Source of the DNA: Chrysomallon squamiferum
Taxonomy: Eukaryota > Animalia > Mollusca
NCBI GenBank assembly: GCA_012295275.1
Contig: CM022670.1
Coordinates: 41,354,001 to 41,418,000 of the forward strand
Direction of reading: 5' to 3'
Length of the DNA stretch: 64,000 nucleotides
Shown one piece after another: positions 42,401 through 57,329 of this stretch (positions are counted from its first letter, which is position 1; the number at the start of each line of letters is the position of its first letter). The notes beneath the pieces were generated by a model. The model was not told the DNA's origin. It did not search any database and worked only from the letters and a program-made list of their open reading frames with translations. The translations under genes were made by a program, and so were the position numbers.

Positions 42401-44575
42401 ATTAATCAGTTTAATGTACCCAGGTTTTGTTGTCCAGAACATACGGTCATTTTAACAGTGAATGCTTTCCCATAAAAGCAATCAGTAATTAAAATGAAAT
42501 GATAACAAAATAATTCCATCTTTGGCAGATTAGATTAGTGAGTAAGTAAATGAAAAAAAAAAAAAAAAAAAAATATTGTGAAGGCTGGATATAATCAGTA
42601 GATTGTCTTGCACTGTGTTAAAAGTTTATATCAATGAAAGGATTAAACATGTCACCTGACCAACAGGAACTAACGAGTTAACCAACCAACCATCAACCAG
42701 TGTAAACCAATCAAACAGTGAGCAGTAACAACCAATAATAACAACAATAATAAAAACAACAGTAAGATTAATAATGACATCAGTACTCCTACTCCTACTA
42801 CTAATAATTTTAAACAGTAAAATAAAAAATAGAAGAATTTAAGCAAACAACCTTTAAAACCAACTGAAGACTGAATCAAAGCAAAAACGAATGAACCAGA
42901 TAAACAACCTACTGAAAAAAATAAACAAAAGTAAACCTCAATTTAAATTTTCAAACACATCAGTATAAATTCAGAAATAAAATCTGTTTTTGTTGTTGAA
43001 TATTTGACGTCAATCTATTGCACTTATGACTTACAATGACATTTATTGATCTATCTCCAGCTTTTCACAAATAATCCTGCCAACATATTTTATTTTAGTG
43101 TAATAATAATAATTAAAAAAAAATAATAATAAAAAAAGATTAGACCTGAAACAACAGGTCTGCTTAACGAGGTATTGTTTTCGAGTGGACTGTCAGGTGA
43201 GATAAACAATTATAAAACTAATTAAGAGTCCAATGAGAAGGATTACAGTGCGAGAGATCTGTGCAGAAAAACAGCTGTATAGAAATTAATGCCCAGGTTT
43301 TATTAAATGCACCCAAGCGAGCATAAATTTTTAATGAAATAAGCACGTAGAGTATTAGTGGGAAACATGGCAGGCAGCAAGCAGAATGAAAGATCAATGT
43401 TTGAAGCTGGACTTTTCTGTGGAGGCACATTTAATTTTGTCTTGTGTCCGGCACTATATGTTTGAATTATTGATTCATATCTTAACTGGAAGCCAGTCAA
43501 ATTTCATTACCATGCTCAGAATATTGTGATTCATAGTTAATTTGATTCAGCATCGTCCAGCAGTCTGGATTTCAGTGTTTATCAGCAGCGAGCAAAGTTC
43601 ACCTTGTGTCATTATTTCATAAAACCCTCTTGTTTTGTCTTATTGTCATTTGACTGCAGACACAGTAAAAATAAACACACCCTCACTAACCCCATCCCCT
43701 CTGTCACTGTGTAATACCAAAATATAACACACATTTGTGAAATAAAAATATTTAGATTTAAATCTAAAGAATACGTTTATGAAAATTTTCATAAATAATT
43801 GTATTTGTGATCTGAATTAACATTTCAAGTCAGTTCTGAAATTAAATATGTCAAAATAAAAAAAATTAAAAAATGTTCATGCACAGCAGAAAAGTATTGC
43901 ATGAAAAAACGTATGTAAAAAAAAAAAAAAAATGCATTATTCTGAAATCAAAGGAATACAGTTTTATTCATGGATATTTTGAAAAGCATTTGCCAGAAAT
44001 ATGTATGTAAATAATAAAAAACGTTACAGTGAAATCAAAAGAAAGTAATTTTATTCATTCATAATTGAAGTGTTTGCCTGAAATAATGGCAAAAAAAGTA
44101 CATTGAAAAAAAAATTAATATATTCATACCTGATTGAAATGTGTTCTCAGATGAAATGCTAACTGTGGTTTGAGTTTGACAAGTTTAATAATAAACCTTT
44201 AACAGAGTATCATGTTACAGAGTTTTCACCTTTATCACTGAAAAACAGTTATGAGTTGAAGACGACTACAACTCTGACAGCCACACAACATGAAACCAGT
44301 GTTAAGAAAGAGGAGAGAAAGATGTTTTAATACTGACACAAACACATCAGAGACACCTGAGATAAAGTTAACATAAATTTTTAATTTTATTTTATTAAAG
44401 TTTTGTCTCAATGCAGAAAGATCAGTATTCATTGTAATCACTACCAACAAAACAAACCAAAGATGTATAAAAACAAAAGTAAAACAAAAATCAATCAATC
44501 AATATAATAAAAGGAGGGTTTAAAATAAACAAACAATAAACAAAAAAATAAATAAAATGAAAATAAATTAACTAT

Positions 44576-44610
<35 letters not shown>

Positions 44611-46888
44611 TAGTTAATGAAAGAAAAAAATTATTAAAAAAATTAATTTGGTTTCTTATATTTAAAAATTTCTCTGATCACCTATCACATTCACAAGCTT
44701 TTTAGTTTATAATATACAAAATAATAACTACAATTTAAATGTCTTTTCTTTTATATTACTTCTTGTATTTTATTCATTTATGAACATGAAAAGACAGAGA
44801 AACATCTTATAAACGTAATTTAAATCTAATAATTTAAATAAAATAAATAAAACTCGCAGACAGTCTGCCTTTCAAAATCATTAAGTTTAGAATTGAGTTT
44901 AAACAGCAAAAATGGATTAATTTAATTTTTTTCAGAAGCCTGCTGAAAGACAAAACTTTAATATACAAGTTTTCACATCTGTCCATTTTTTCTTTGTTTT
45001 TCAAGCACCAGGACAACCTATCAGCAAATCACTAAAGTAAACAAGTTTCCTTTTTTCCTTAATCATTACAAAAACAAATCCAAAACCCTTATCGAGAAAA
45101 TCTACTTTGAAGTTGGTAATAGTATTAAAGAGTTGTATCCCCTTAGTCTTGATCGCTCAAAGAAACAATCTGGAAAGAGAAAGTTGAAGGAGGTCACATG
45201 GTCATTGGAAACCAAAGATCAGGGGTCATTTTTTCCTATTTGCTTTTTTTCCCTAGCAGCTCAGACTTTATTCTCAGTTGCTTAGCAACCAGTGACCAGG
45301 GTCATTCTTTGAATGAGAGGTGAAGAAATGGCAGATTTGTGAATTCTTTATTGCTAATAGCAACTTAGAGAGCGGCCCATGTTTTTAATACAAAGTTTTT
45401 TTCTACACTACTGTTATTTTCACTAACTGTATACCTGTGTGTACAAGCTATCATTAGATTATAAAATTATTTATAAAACAGAAAGCTTAAGAAACTGCAA
45501 AAAGAATGTTATTAATATTTCCCTACATTTGTTTTCCATTTCAGTCAGATGTTGTTGTTGTTTTTTTTGGGGGGGGGTTTGTGGTTTTTGTATATATATA
45601 TATATATTTTTTTAAATTTCGATACTTGAAAAACTTGTATGTTCTACAGAATTATTATTAAATGTTTGTAATTACAGAAACACACTCTATATTTAAAAAC
45701 ACTAAGACTTTAAAACATACACTACAAAACCTATTATTTTTGTTAATCACTAAGATTAATAAGACTTTTAAAAAGATAAATCAACAAAAACTGTTTATAT
45801 AATTGTACAACAATAAAAACAAAATAATAAAAATAAATAAATAAAATTTAAAAAAAGTAAGAAAGAAAACAAAGAAAATGAAAAAAACCCAACAAAAACA
45901 TAATCAAACAAAAATTAATTATAATAAATATTAAAATAAATAAAATTTAAAAATTAAAATGTTTTAAAAAAAAGAGAAAGAGAATGGGGTATAAAATAAT
46001 AATAATAATAATAAAAAATAAAAATAGAGAAAGAAAAATTAATTTAATTTGTATGATTTCCAACAGCTTAATTTTCTCACACTAGTTAATAAAATATAAA
46101 TTAAATTGTGAAGGAGATGTAGACAATGTATTTACTGTTAGTTAGAAATGAAAGTCTGTTTGTCAGCTGAATTATTCATGTGCGAGTAATTTCCTTTTTA
46201 AAATACAAAACCTCAGTGAACTTGTTAGTGTCAGATGAAAGAAAAAACTTGTTAAAAAGTGTTCAGTGGCTAGGATACTTGCTTGAAGAGTGTCAGATTA
46301 CAGGATCAACTCTTGCTGTATACCAGCACACAGCACATGACCACTTTATATAAAATCACAGTTTTATTTTTCTATTTCATTCTCTCTTAGTCTCTTTATG
46401 CTTCTTTTTATTTCTTTTTATCTCTTATATTAATTTTCTCTTATAAATGCTATTTATTTTTTTATTTTTTTAAATATTGTTTTTATCAAAGAATAAGAAC
46501 ATGTAGTACACACATCACTAAATATATCATTTATTTTTAAAAGATTTATGTAGATTTTTGTTAATAGGCTTAACATAGTTGACTTAGATAGTCAAAGGAT
46601 GAACCCAGTCTTGATGCACTCACTGATATTCCATTCTAACAAGTGTCCCATGACTGGTTATTCATTTTTTTTTTTAAATTAACTTAGCTGATTCTAATAT
46701 GGGTTTTTTTTCTGTTTTTTTTCTCACGTTACCTAATAAAAACAAAAGATCCATTCATTTATCTGCAATATATATGTATTAAAAACATTTCTTTATTCCA
46801 CACCCTAATCCCCACCCCAGGGATAACAGGAACCAGACAGCAAGTGTCAAATCACAGAAGACACCATTACATCACATGAATGCTGCCT

Positions 46889-46926
<38 letters not shown>

Positions 46927-46959
46927 ACCTGAAATTTCAATTTTATGCCAAGAGCATAG

Positions 46960-46998
<39 letters not shown>

Positions 46999-48639
46999 GC
47001 TAAAATTGATTTAATAAAGTTGTCAGAAACAACAAAAAGGCCTATTTTTCTCCGACACAAACTGCCTCATGGGCAGGCCGATGTGGACGTAAATCACGTA
47101 TTTTATCGTCGCAGTGACAGCGCTGCTGCCTGGGATGGTGACCGGTGTGTGTTTAGAAAACAATTGTTGATGATTATCACTGCCAGGCTAAGAGGACCAC
47201 TGTATACTACAGACGATAAGACAATCATTTATCAGTTCAAAAGTCACAACACAAATTTCACATGACACGTTCGCATAATCATTTAACTCGCTTTCTGCAA
47301 AACAGAAGTGGACAATTTCTGCATCTGAATATATATTCTAAAACACTGCTTTTAAAAAAAAACAAAAAAATGGAATAATACACACACACACACACATCTA
47401 CAATATTCTTCATTTTTTTTTTGGGGGGAACATATTTAAAAATGAAAAAATAAGAAAGAAAAGAAATAGAAAACTGAAGAAATTATTAAAAAAAACCACA
47501 TTTGTTTATCTTCAATTAAAGAAAATTCAGGATAGCAGCAGATGATGATGATAATGATATATATGTATATATATATATAAATATCTTTTTCTTTTAAAAC
47601 AAAGAAAACATTCACCTTATAAATATTTACTGTACAAGAGTAAAATGATGTTTGAGAACCAGTTCAGTTACAGACGATGTCAAAACTGTAAAACTGTTTA
47701 CACAGTTGTTTGTGAAATGCTGTGTTACACAGGTGTGTGTGTAGTAAATAAACACACTGCTTGGACTAGTGAGTTTTACTGAATAAAAGTTGTGTTTAAT
47801 GATGAATAAATGTTAAAAAGTTCAAAGTTTCTGATGACCAGTGGTTTCAAGTGTATGTTTTCATACGACATCAGTTTGTCTGTTTTTTCCAGTTCACTGT
47901 GTGAAAACACACACGCACACGCACACGCACACACACACACACAAAAAAAAAAACAGAAGAAAATTCCATGTACTATTAACAGCTGTAGGATAAGGAAGCA
48001 AAATGGCCTGAACATGTTGCATGCTGGGATAGCTGTGACACAGCCAGTGAAAACAAGCCATTTTAACATTTATCTCTTTCTAAGGAAAGATTTTTTGTGA
48101 CAGTGAAAACAGAATACACTGACTCAAAGAGTCCTGCGAGTGTGTTATAAACAAAACAAAAAACTGTAAAACTGCACAAAACTTTCAAGGACAGACAACC
48201 GGGGTCACCCCAACCCCACAACAGAACACCTTTTTTTTTCAAAAAAGTTCATTTATCAGTCAGCTGTTACCTGTTTGATATCAGTAATAAAACTTCCAGA
48301 CTCGGTGTGATCGGCCTGGCTGATAGAGACGTAGTTGGTGTTGAAAGCACAGACTGGTCGCATGCCGGCTTCACGCAGTCACGACGTTGACGCGCAGTGT
48401 TAATTACGTTCTTCAATCTCTGCACTATCTGCTCATCACCCTGCCAGCTGTCACATCGGCCTCCTCATCACCGTGGCTGCAGCGCAGGTATACCAGTGTC
48501 ATCGTGTTACACATCGCAGGTAACCAACACCGGACACAATTATTTACAGTGTGTCAAAATACAACGTTTTTAATCAACACCAGGTTTAAAACATAACAAC
48601 TCCTTCTCTTGCAGTAAAAAAAAAATAATAAAAAAAATA

Positions 48640-48696
<57 letters not shown>

Positions 48697-48697
48697 G

Positions 48698-48734
<37 letters not shown>

Positions 48735-49381
48735 TTTTCAAACTATCATAATATGGTAACAAAAGTAACATAAAAAAGACAACTAAACTGAAGAATTATA
48801 AGTTGACAGGTCAAAGTTATAAATTTTCTAATTTCTGTTAATAAATCTTTGTGTTATAAAAGCACAAAATTCATAAAGAGAAAAAAACAAAAGTCTCCTC
48901 TATTTGAAAAATGGAATAAATCTGGTTTTAAAAATATAATTTTTGAAGAAACGTCAAAAGATTGTTTTTTATTTTTTTGTTTTTTAATATGAAAAGAAGA
49001 CAAAGTTGGAGAAATACGGCAGCTTTATGCAGTTTGCAAATCTGAAATATTTCAATATGTTAACATCACAGAAGTAAATCCTCCACCAAGATTGAATCAA
49101 ACGTACAAGAGATGAAAAAAAGAAATTAGCATGATTGTTAAAGATAGTCTATGAATGTGAAATAAGGGGCTGTGTACTTTGCTAGTATCATGTTGTTATC
49201 AGATATAACTAATGCCCATTAAGGAATGATGTGTGGAATAATCAATATCTCCGTTTTTAAAACAATAGAAATATTTTATAATTACTGTGCTGAGGCTGCA
49301 ATAGATCAAATCAAAAAAGCAGAATGAAAAAGAAAAAAGAAAAGAAAATGAAATAATAACATGTGTCTTTGTATGAATGTT

Positions 49382-49422
<41 letters not shown>

Positions 49423-50428
49423 CATGTGTGTTGTGTTCATGTCTTTTTGATTGTGCATGTGTATGTATATGCATATATATGTTAATACTGTAGTATGTGT
49501 TTGTGTGTGCATGCGTGTGTGTATGCCATGTGTGTCTGTGTACATGTGTATGATTGTGTATGAGAGCATGTTTGTGCATGAATGCTTGTTTGTGTGCAGG
49601 TATATTTTTCTGTGTTTGTATGTATATGTATGTTTAATTATGATGCATATTTTTATTATATAAAGTCTTGACAGTGTTTTGTATAAAATTTGTGGTTAGT
49701 GCTGTCCTGTCTATAGACAGCTTCTTACAAAAATGACAATCACAGTCAGAACTGCATGTCGAACCTAATTAATTCTACTGATTTCTTCTGTCAAACTAAC
49801 TTATTATCACAGGCAATAATTAAACAATGTGCTAACCCTGTTGTTCACAACTGACTTCAGACTTGTCTGGGTTTAGTTCAGAAAGAGACAAAACAACTGC
49901 TAGCATGTAAAGCATTTGTACTTAAAGTTTGACACATTTATTGATCAGACAGTACAAAATTTATAATGTGATTATGAAAATCACAAAATCAATGTATTGG
50001 AAGGTTAAATCAATGAAAACAAAGTACTGCAGAACAAACAGACTGGAACACATTTCTTTCAATAAAAAAAAAAAATCGTTTTACACCATCGTTAAAAAAG
50101 ATTTTCTATTAATTTCTTTTTTTTTCAAATAATTCTGTTGGCTGTGTATTTAGTGCAGCAGCAAAAGGTTTTAATTATGAAGCAGACTGAAAAACAAGTT
50201 TGTGTTTTCAATGAATGATTATATGTTTGTTTTATTTTTTTCAATATTTTCTTCTATTTATTTATTTTATATTGTTTTGGTTTGTTTTATTTTTTATTTT
50301 ATTTCCAGTAATTTTCAAGAAAATAATTTAATTAAAATTGTACAATGTTGTTACATTTTACATATTTCATTGAAATTAAATTTCATTTCTTTTAATTTAT
50401 TTGGTATAAATCTAGTACACAATTAATA

Positions 50429-50477
<49 letters not shown>

Positions 50478-53074
50478 TTTGTAGAAAATTAAATTAAAAA
50501 AGAAACAAAGATATGGTAGGTGAGTGATAACAAAACATGGTCATTATTCCAGTTTCATTGACATTTCGTGATCAGAAGCAGTCTGGCTGTTCACACACCC
50601 ACAAAAACATGACGACTTTTAAAATTTACACAATTTTACATTTCACGAGAAAGCCATAAAAACACTCAGCATTAGCTGACCATTATATCGAAATGGAATA
50701 ATCAATAATGGTTGGCGATATTGACCAAATTTAAGTTAATTGGTATAAAATATTCAATGGCCAGTCCAGTATTTAAATGTAGAAACTCAAGCCTAAAATC
50801 AATAGCAACTCATCTATGGATGTATTTATCCGACAGGGACCATCAATTATTCACAGTTTTATTATCCTTGGCCCCGAAATCTCAATTCTAAATCTTTTTA
50901 TTACTGATACTTTACATGGCATTTCATAATTTAGGACGCAGCCTGGGAAAAACAAAAAAAATGCAGGCTATGAGAACTGAGGGAGTGGATCTCAGTCGGA
51001 AATGGTAGAATGCTGCTGAAAATTATGACGTGTTTAATTTTGTGTTTCAAAGTGAATTTAGTCGTGCACTGCGACACTCTGCAAAGTTTGCTCGTTTATT
51101 CAGGTGATTTTCAGTGTTTCGCAGGTGAACATTCGACTGAAAAACACAGCCAGTCAGCTGATATTGATCTCGTTAAAGTTTTCATTTTCAGATTTCTTTT
51201 CCACAAGCGTCATTATCATTTTCATTTTGAGTCGTTTTATCTTCAAAAATCATTAACATTTTTATTTTCGTCTTTTACTTTGGTCTTGAAAACAATTAAA
51301 AATTTATTTTGAACTTCAGAAATCATTAAAATATGATTTTGATCTTTTATTTTGGTCTTCAAACATAATTAAAAATTTCATTTTGATCTTTCAGATAACA
51401 TTTTTAATGGCATAACATAAATTCTAAATAACATTTATAAATTATATAATCTTTTAATTTTGTAAAATAATATTAAATATAAAATTTAAAAACATTAAAA
51501 ATTAGGAACAATGCATTTATTATGCCTATGGCTGCAGTATCACAAATGCACAAACACACAAACATACGGACATTTGTACAAAGCAGACAGATAAACAAAC
51601 TAATTTGTATTTTTGTACATGGTGCTTTGCTGTCCAGTAGGAACTTATCTATTTTTTATGATTATTTCTCAGCAAGAAAAATGTCATTACCATCACCAAT
51701 TCTGACTCTCACTTAACCTTTGACCTGCCATAAATAACAAAGGACAGGTAAAATTAATTTTTTATTTCTCATTTTCTTCAAGCGTCAAAACAGAAGATCA
51801 ATGCTATCAAATTAATGTTTAATATGCTCACTCAAAAGCTGGCCGGGCAGAATGGGAAGAAGAAGAAGAAGAAAAGGAGAATTATCAGAGACACTTGAAG
51901 GATGATGGTCTTACGGTGGTGACAACAATTAGCTGTTTGATAATTTCTGAAAAGACTTACAGAGTTTTAAAGCACGACTCGTAAAAACGCTGAACCTTTT
52001 CAAGTTGTCACCACACCGCAAACGACTCAAACAAGTAAGTATGATAAAGCTGCAAGCAATCAGAGGGATAACAATCAAATTAAGCAGATTTTCCAAATTA
52101 AACCCACAAATCAATAGGGGAAGGAAATGATGTTGACGTGGATGATGCTGTGTGACGTGTCTGTGTGCGGCGACCATGCCATCAACAGTCGTTTGTTTCA
52201 GCAACGTTTTGTTTGTAATTTTAATTAAAACATTCTGTATCAGCCTACTGCTTCATGAAAAATTTAATAATGTAATGTGCTTATTAGAAAAGTTCTTTAT
52301 CGCCAGCGAAATCGCTAATGCTGACTTCATACAAAACTGTGACATTTGGTACGATTCAGTACGGTTTTATTGATGACAGGTTTGTATCACTGAAATAAGA
52401 ATGCTGTAAAATTTAACTGTATACAAAATAACACAAACAATCCCAGATTATACGAATATTGTGATGAAAATGAAATAAAACTACAAGTACATGAGATGAA
52501 ACAGTTATGTATTTCTTGTTCATATATATGAAGGTTAAAAATAATGTTTTTATTTAAAAGATATGCTGAACAGAAGAATGATCTACACATACCCTGGACA
52601 ACAAGACAAATCTGACCTGCTATTCAGTTACAAGAATTTGATGACTGAAAACAGAAAACATCATCTCACACAGACATATTAAACTGTTAATGTCTTCATA
52701 TTACTGATGTATGATGGTCACACTGAGGCCTTTTTTAACAAATACAATTACTCAAGATCTTTCTTCAGTAAACTATTTTCCATGATAGCCAGTGTTCTGT
52801 ATCTCTTTTATTACTATATCTAACATACGTACTTTCTATGGGAAGGTGTATACAAATGATTATTTACTGCTACATGATAACACATCTGTGTGTATTCTTA
52901 TGTATTATAAAAACATAGTGTTTGAGCCATGGTAATGCACTAGGTGTTTTAAAACAAATATTAAAAATCTCAATGCTGTCTGCCTGCCTCACTGTGTTAA
53001 TGTTAAAAAAGCACTGAGTGTTTTAAAACAAATATGAAAAATCTCAAGTGACTCTGTGTTTTGACATAACTCAC

Positions 53075-53137
53075 TTGTCAAATCATCTTCAGACTCCTCT
53101 TCAGTTCCTGACGAGGAAATCGTAGCTGGGTCATCAC
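53075..53137 (-). CDS. CAAP1: CAAP1-like gene, internal coding exon (63 nt)
   Basis: ttgattttttcag|GTGATGAC...TTGACAA|gtgagt. Phase 1-1, continues the frame as (G)DDPATISSSGTEEESEDDLT, an acidic Ser-rich stretch as expected after the CAAP1 domain. Confidence 0.85.
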
Positions 53138-54039
53138 CTGAAAAAATCAACAATGTAGAAATACTCTACAATACAGAAAAGTATACAGTCTAGAAAATAT
53201 TCTAGACGTAATATAAAGAAAAATAGTATATAAAGTGTAGAAAGATGTTTTACAAATATGAAAATGATTCTGTAAATATGAAGCAACAAAATATTCTACA
53301 AAATACAAGATTCTACAGATATCAAAGAAATTGAACAATATTCAACAAATATTTTACAAATATCAACAACATAAACAAATATTCTACAAACAAAGAAACA
53401 ACATTCTAAAGATGGAAACAATGTACAGTGTTCCACAAAAAACAGTAGAAAACACATCAACAATTAATAAAATTCTATCCTACAAAAAACAGCAGTGAAA
53501 CATGTACAACAAAATTAAACATAAAAATATTGAGGAAACTGGACACTGTAGAAACATTTTTATAAAGAGTAACAATACAACAAACATCCATAATAGTCTA
53601 GTTCAGCATTCCTCATAACAACACAGCAGAATATCAAGTTCTTAATAAACAATACAAAAACAGCATATTTCACAGACAGATGTTTTATACATTTCAACAA
53701 AACACTAAAATGTTTAATAAAATTTCTATGATTAAAAATATCTAAATATCAGTGGAACAGAAAAAAGTTAACAATACAGAAGTAAATTAATGTTCAACAT
53801 ACTAAGTAGAAAAGTGTAGAAATATATTAATAATCTACACTGTAGAAATAATTTAATATTCTACATACAAAGTAGAGAAAGGTATTAATATTCTACATAA
53901 AAACTAGAAAGTAGAAATATTTAAAAATAGAGACACCAAGTTAGTGAAACCAAATTAATATTCAACAGATAAATATTAATATTCATAAGCATTTATTCAG
54001 ACATATTTCTGTGTGATTACAACTACTGCAACTACTACA

Positions 54040-54140
54040 ACAAACTATGTTCTACAATTAGCATCAAGGGATACTTTATATGTATTTTCACATAGTTGAT
54101 CTTTAGTACATTATTCAGTGGTTGGAACTGGAATTATGAA
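54040..54140 (-). mobile_element. Decayed SINE-like repeat fragment
   Basis: actatgttctacaattagcatcaagggatactttatatgtattttcacatag aligns by eye with 22017-22070. Confidence 0.45.
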
Positions 54141-54854
54141 TACTGAAGATAGCTTCTATCACCCATTGTTTCCATTCTAAACAGTCAGCAATAATATACA
54201 TTATTCATGGGGCATGAGTTGGAACTGGAAATATGCATTCCTAGGCTAGATGCCATGACCATTGTTTCCAGTTCGAAGCAGTGATCTGTGCTGTTCGTAT
54301 AAGAGTTGAGTTCAAATCAGGTGCTGTGTTATTCATAAAACTTGTCTGTTTTACACATTAGAGAAAATCTGTCAGCTTTATTTACTAGTTTACTACTAAA
54401 CATACCTCTGTATTAATAACAAACAAACATCAGGTAAACTCATACATTATCTCGAGTTGGTGGCATTCTCACAGAAACACAGTCATCTGTAAAAACTGTG
54501 TAAGTAACTTTGATTAACAACAGTAAGCAGTGACTGCTGCAGTGTTAAACATGAAGAACAAAAAAAAAGTAAGAATTAGAAATATGATAATAAAAAAAGA
54601 AAAAAGAGAAAATCCATTAAGATTTTAATAGAATTTAAATTAAAATCAACATTTTACCATCTACCACAATCACCAGCATCTATTGAAGCCTACCGTGTTT
54701 GATTAGCTGAAAACACCAACATTATTTTACTTTATCAAAAAAGAATTAAAATGAAGAGATTTTAATTAACAATAAATCTTCCAACATCCTGACCCCTTCT
54801 AAACTGAGTGACTACAACAAGCTGTGAACCAGCCACACTCCAACCCAATCAAGA

Positions 54855-55555
54855 AATAACACTGGACAGTTCTATAAAGGTGATTTCACTGGACAGTTCT
54901 GTAACGGTGATTTCACTGGACAGTTCTATAAAGGTGATTTCACTGGACAGTTCTGTAAAAGTGATTTCACTGAACAGTTCTATAAAGGTGATTTCACTAA
55001 ACAGTTATATAAAGGTGATTTCAATGAACATTTCTATAAAGGTGATTTCACTGAATATTTCTGTAAAGGTGATTTCACTAAACAGTTCTATAATAGTGAT
55101 TTCACTGGACAGTTCTATAAAAGTGATTTCACTGAACATTTCTATAAAGGTGATTTCACTAAATAGTTCTATAAAGGTGATTTCACTAAACATTTCTATA
55201 AAGGTGATTTCACTGAATATTTCTGTAAAGGTGATTTCACTGGACAGTTCTATAAAGGTGATTTCAGTGAACATATCTGTAAAGGTGATTTCACTGGACA
55301 TTTTTATAAAGGTGATTTCACTAAACATTTCTATAAAGGTGATTTCAGTGAACATATCTTTAAAGGTGATTTCACTGGACATTTCTATAAAGGTGATTTC
55401 ACTAAACATTTCTATAAAGGTGATTTCACTAAACATTTCTATAAAGGTGATTTCAGTGAACATATCTATAAAGGTGATTTCACTGGACATTTCTATAAAG
55501 GTGATTTCACTGGACATTTCTAAAAAGGTGATTCCAGTGAATATATTTCCAAGGT
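54855..55555. repeat. Intronic 27 bp minisatellite, about 26 copies
   Basis: Consensus aaggtgatttcactggacagttctata; the 9-codon period explains ORFs 54808-55557 (+) and 55005-55571 (-). Confidence 0.95.
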
Positions 55556-55760
55556 GAGTTTTTGTGAGCATTTCTCAAGAGCGAGTCTGTGTGAATCTAA
55601 TGCACAACGAAGAGCTGGATTTTGATGAAATGCTACAAAATGAAATTAATGTTTCCTCCGAGTTTTCCATTACTGAGATCTTCCCATTAGTGACGAGACT
55701 TGTGAGATTCCTGACACCTCAGTCTCATAAAGAACACTCCACTCTCAGATTAACACACAG

Positions 55761-55912
55761 ATCCATTTTAAAAATATTGTAAATTAAATTAAAAACAGAA
55801 ATGCGTAACAAAAGCAACAATATCAACGTTACAAAAATCCATTTTAAAAAATATTGTAAATTAAATTAAAAACAGAAGCATGTAACAAAAGCAACAATAT
55901 CAATGTTACAAA
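55761..55912. repeat. ~76 bp tandem duplication
   Basis: atccattttaaaaatattgtaaattaaattaaaaacagaa...gtaacaaaagcaacaatatcaa(c/t)gttacaaaaa occurs twice. Confidence 0.9.
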
Positions 55913-56608
55913 AAAAAAAAAAAAAATTAAAATAAATAAATATAAATAAAATAAATTAAATTAAAACTGGTAATGTGTATTAAAAAAAAAATAAAAAAAA
56001 AGCAATATTAACTTTATTAAAAAAATAATAATAATAATAAATAAAATGCTAAAAATTAAATTATATTAAAACCAGAAATGTCACAAAAAAAGCTATAATA
56101 TTAACTTTATATGTATTTAAAAAATATTTAATATAAACAGAATGTAAAAAAAAGAAAATACTATTAAAAAAGAAAACCCACAAATGACAATAGCAATAAT
56201 GTTAAGTCAAGGAATAAATCCATTTCACATTAAAAAAAAAGAGAAAAAATTGTTTAACAACATAAAAAAGAAAAAGAAAAAAAATGTAAAAGTTGCACAT
56301 GCTATGGTGTTAACGTGGACGTATTATGTAGGATTTAGTAATTTTGAGTTGATCTCTCGGAGTTAACAGTGAGGATTCATAGAGAGACACACATTTAGTG
56401 GTAAGGGCAGGTGACTCTGGGTAATCTTAGACGAGCGTAAACCAATAAACACAAACTTTTAAATATAATGTCAAACGTCTTATGCCACCTAATACTGTTT
56501 ACATCTTTTTCCAAACTTTCTTTCTCAAGTCACACAAAAACAATCCCACTCCTCTCTCTTTCTCTCTCTCACACACACATGCACTCACTCACTCATGCAC
56601 TCACGCAT

Positions 56609-56661
<53 letters not shown>

Positions 56662-57259
56662 CTCTCTCTCTTTCTTTTTTTGCTTTTGTACCATACATCT
56701 CCCTATCTTAGATTTTAGCAGTAACCATTATTAAGAAATTAATAAAACTTTTTAATTCTAATGTTTTTCTCTTCTTTTTTTTTTAAATTATTATTTGTTT
56801 TATTATTCATAACACTTATAAATCATCTCAGTATTGTGGAAACCGAGGAAAAGACATTTCCCTGCCAGTAAACACATATTTCAAAAAGAAAACACTGACA
56901 AACGAATGTGTTGTGTTTGACTGATACTTTAACTGGTACTGCACACACATGCTGGAGGAAGGATCGTTTGCCGGTCAAGTCTTACTCTGTTGTTTACAGC
57001 TTGTTTGTTTATTTGCTCTTTGTGTATTATTTTTGATGAGCACATTCCACATTTGACAATTACAAATACATGCAAACCAACAAGCATATCTGACCAAACC
57101 AGCCTTGTATTTTAACCCTTTCACTTTCAGGCTTCCTCTCATCACCGTTGTTATTATTTTATTTTTTAAAACCCACACCTAATCACTGTTACTTAATAAC
57201 TGTTTATATTAAAACATGTTCTGATGTCATTATACAAATATCTGCACAGTCATTCAGTC

Positions 57260-57329
57260 TTAACCCTTTCGCTTGTGAAGTGTTTGGCACTTGTTCAGCA
57301 CTGCCAGGTGCCCAGAACTCAAGGGTTAA
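57260..57329. mobile_element. Tiny piggyBac-type element, TTAA-CCC...GGG-TTAA (62 bp internal)
   Basis: TTAA|CCCTTTC...TCAAGGG|TTAA with an internal inverted repeat (tggcacttg / caggtgccc). Confidence 0.55.

Noticed and set aside
43588-43610. miR-87-like seed (GAGCAAAG); similar seed-only matches to miR-96 at 57283 and miR-1 at 26260
   Set aside because: Similarity is limited to the seed region and there is no matching precursor hairpin.
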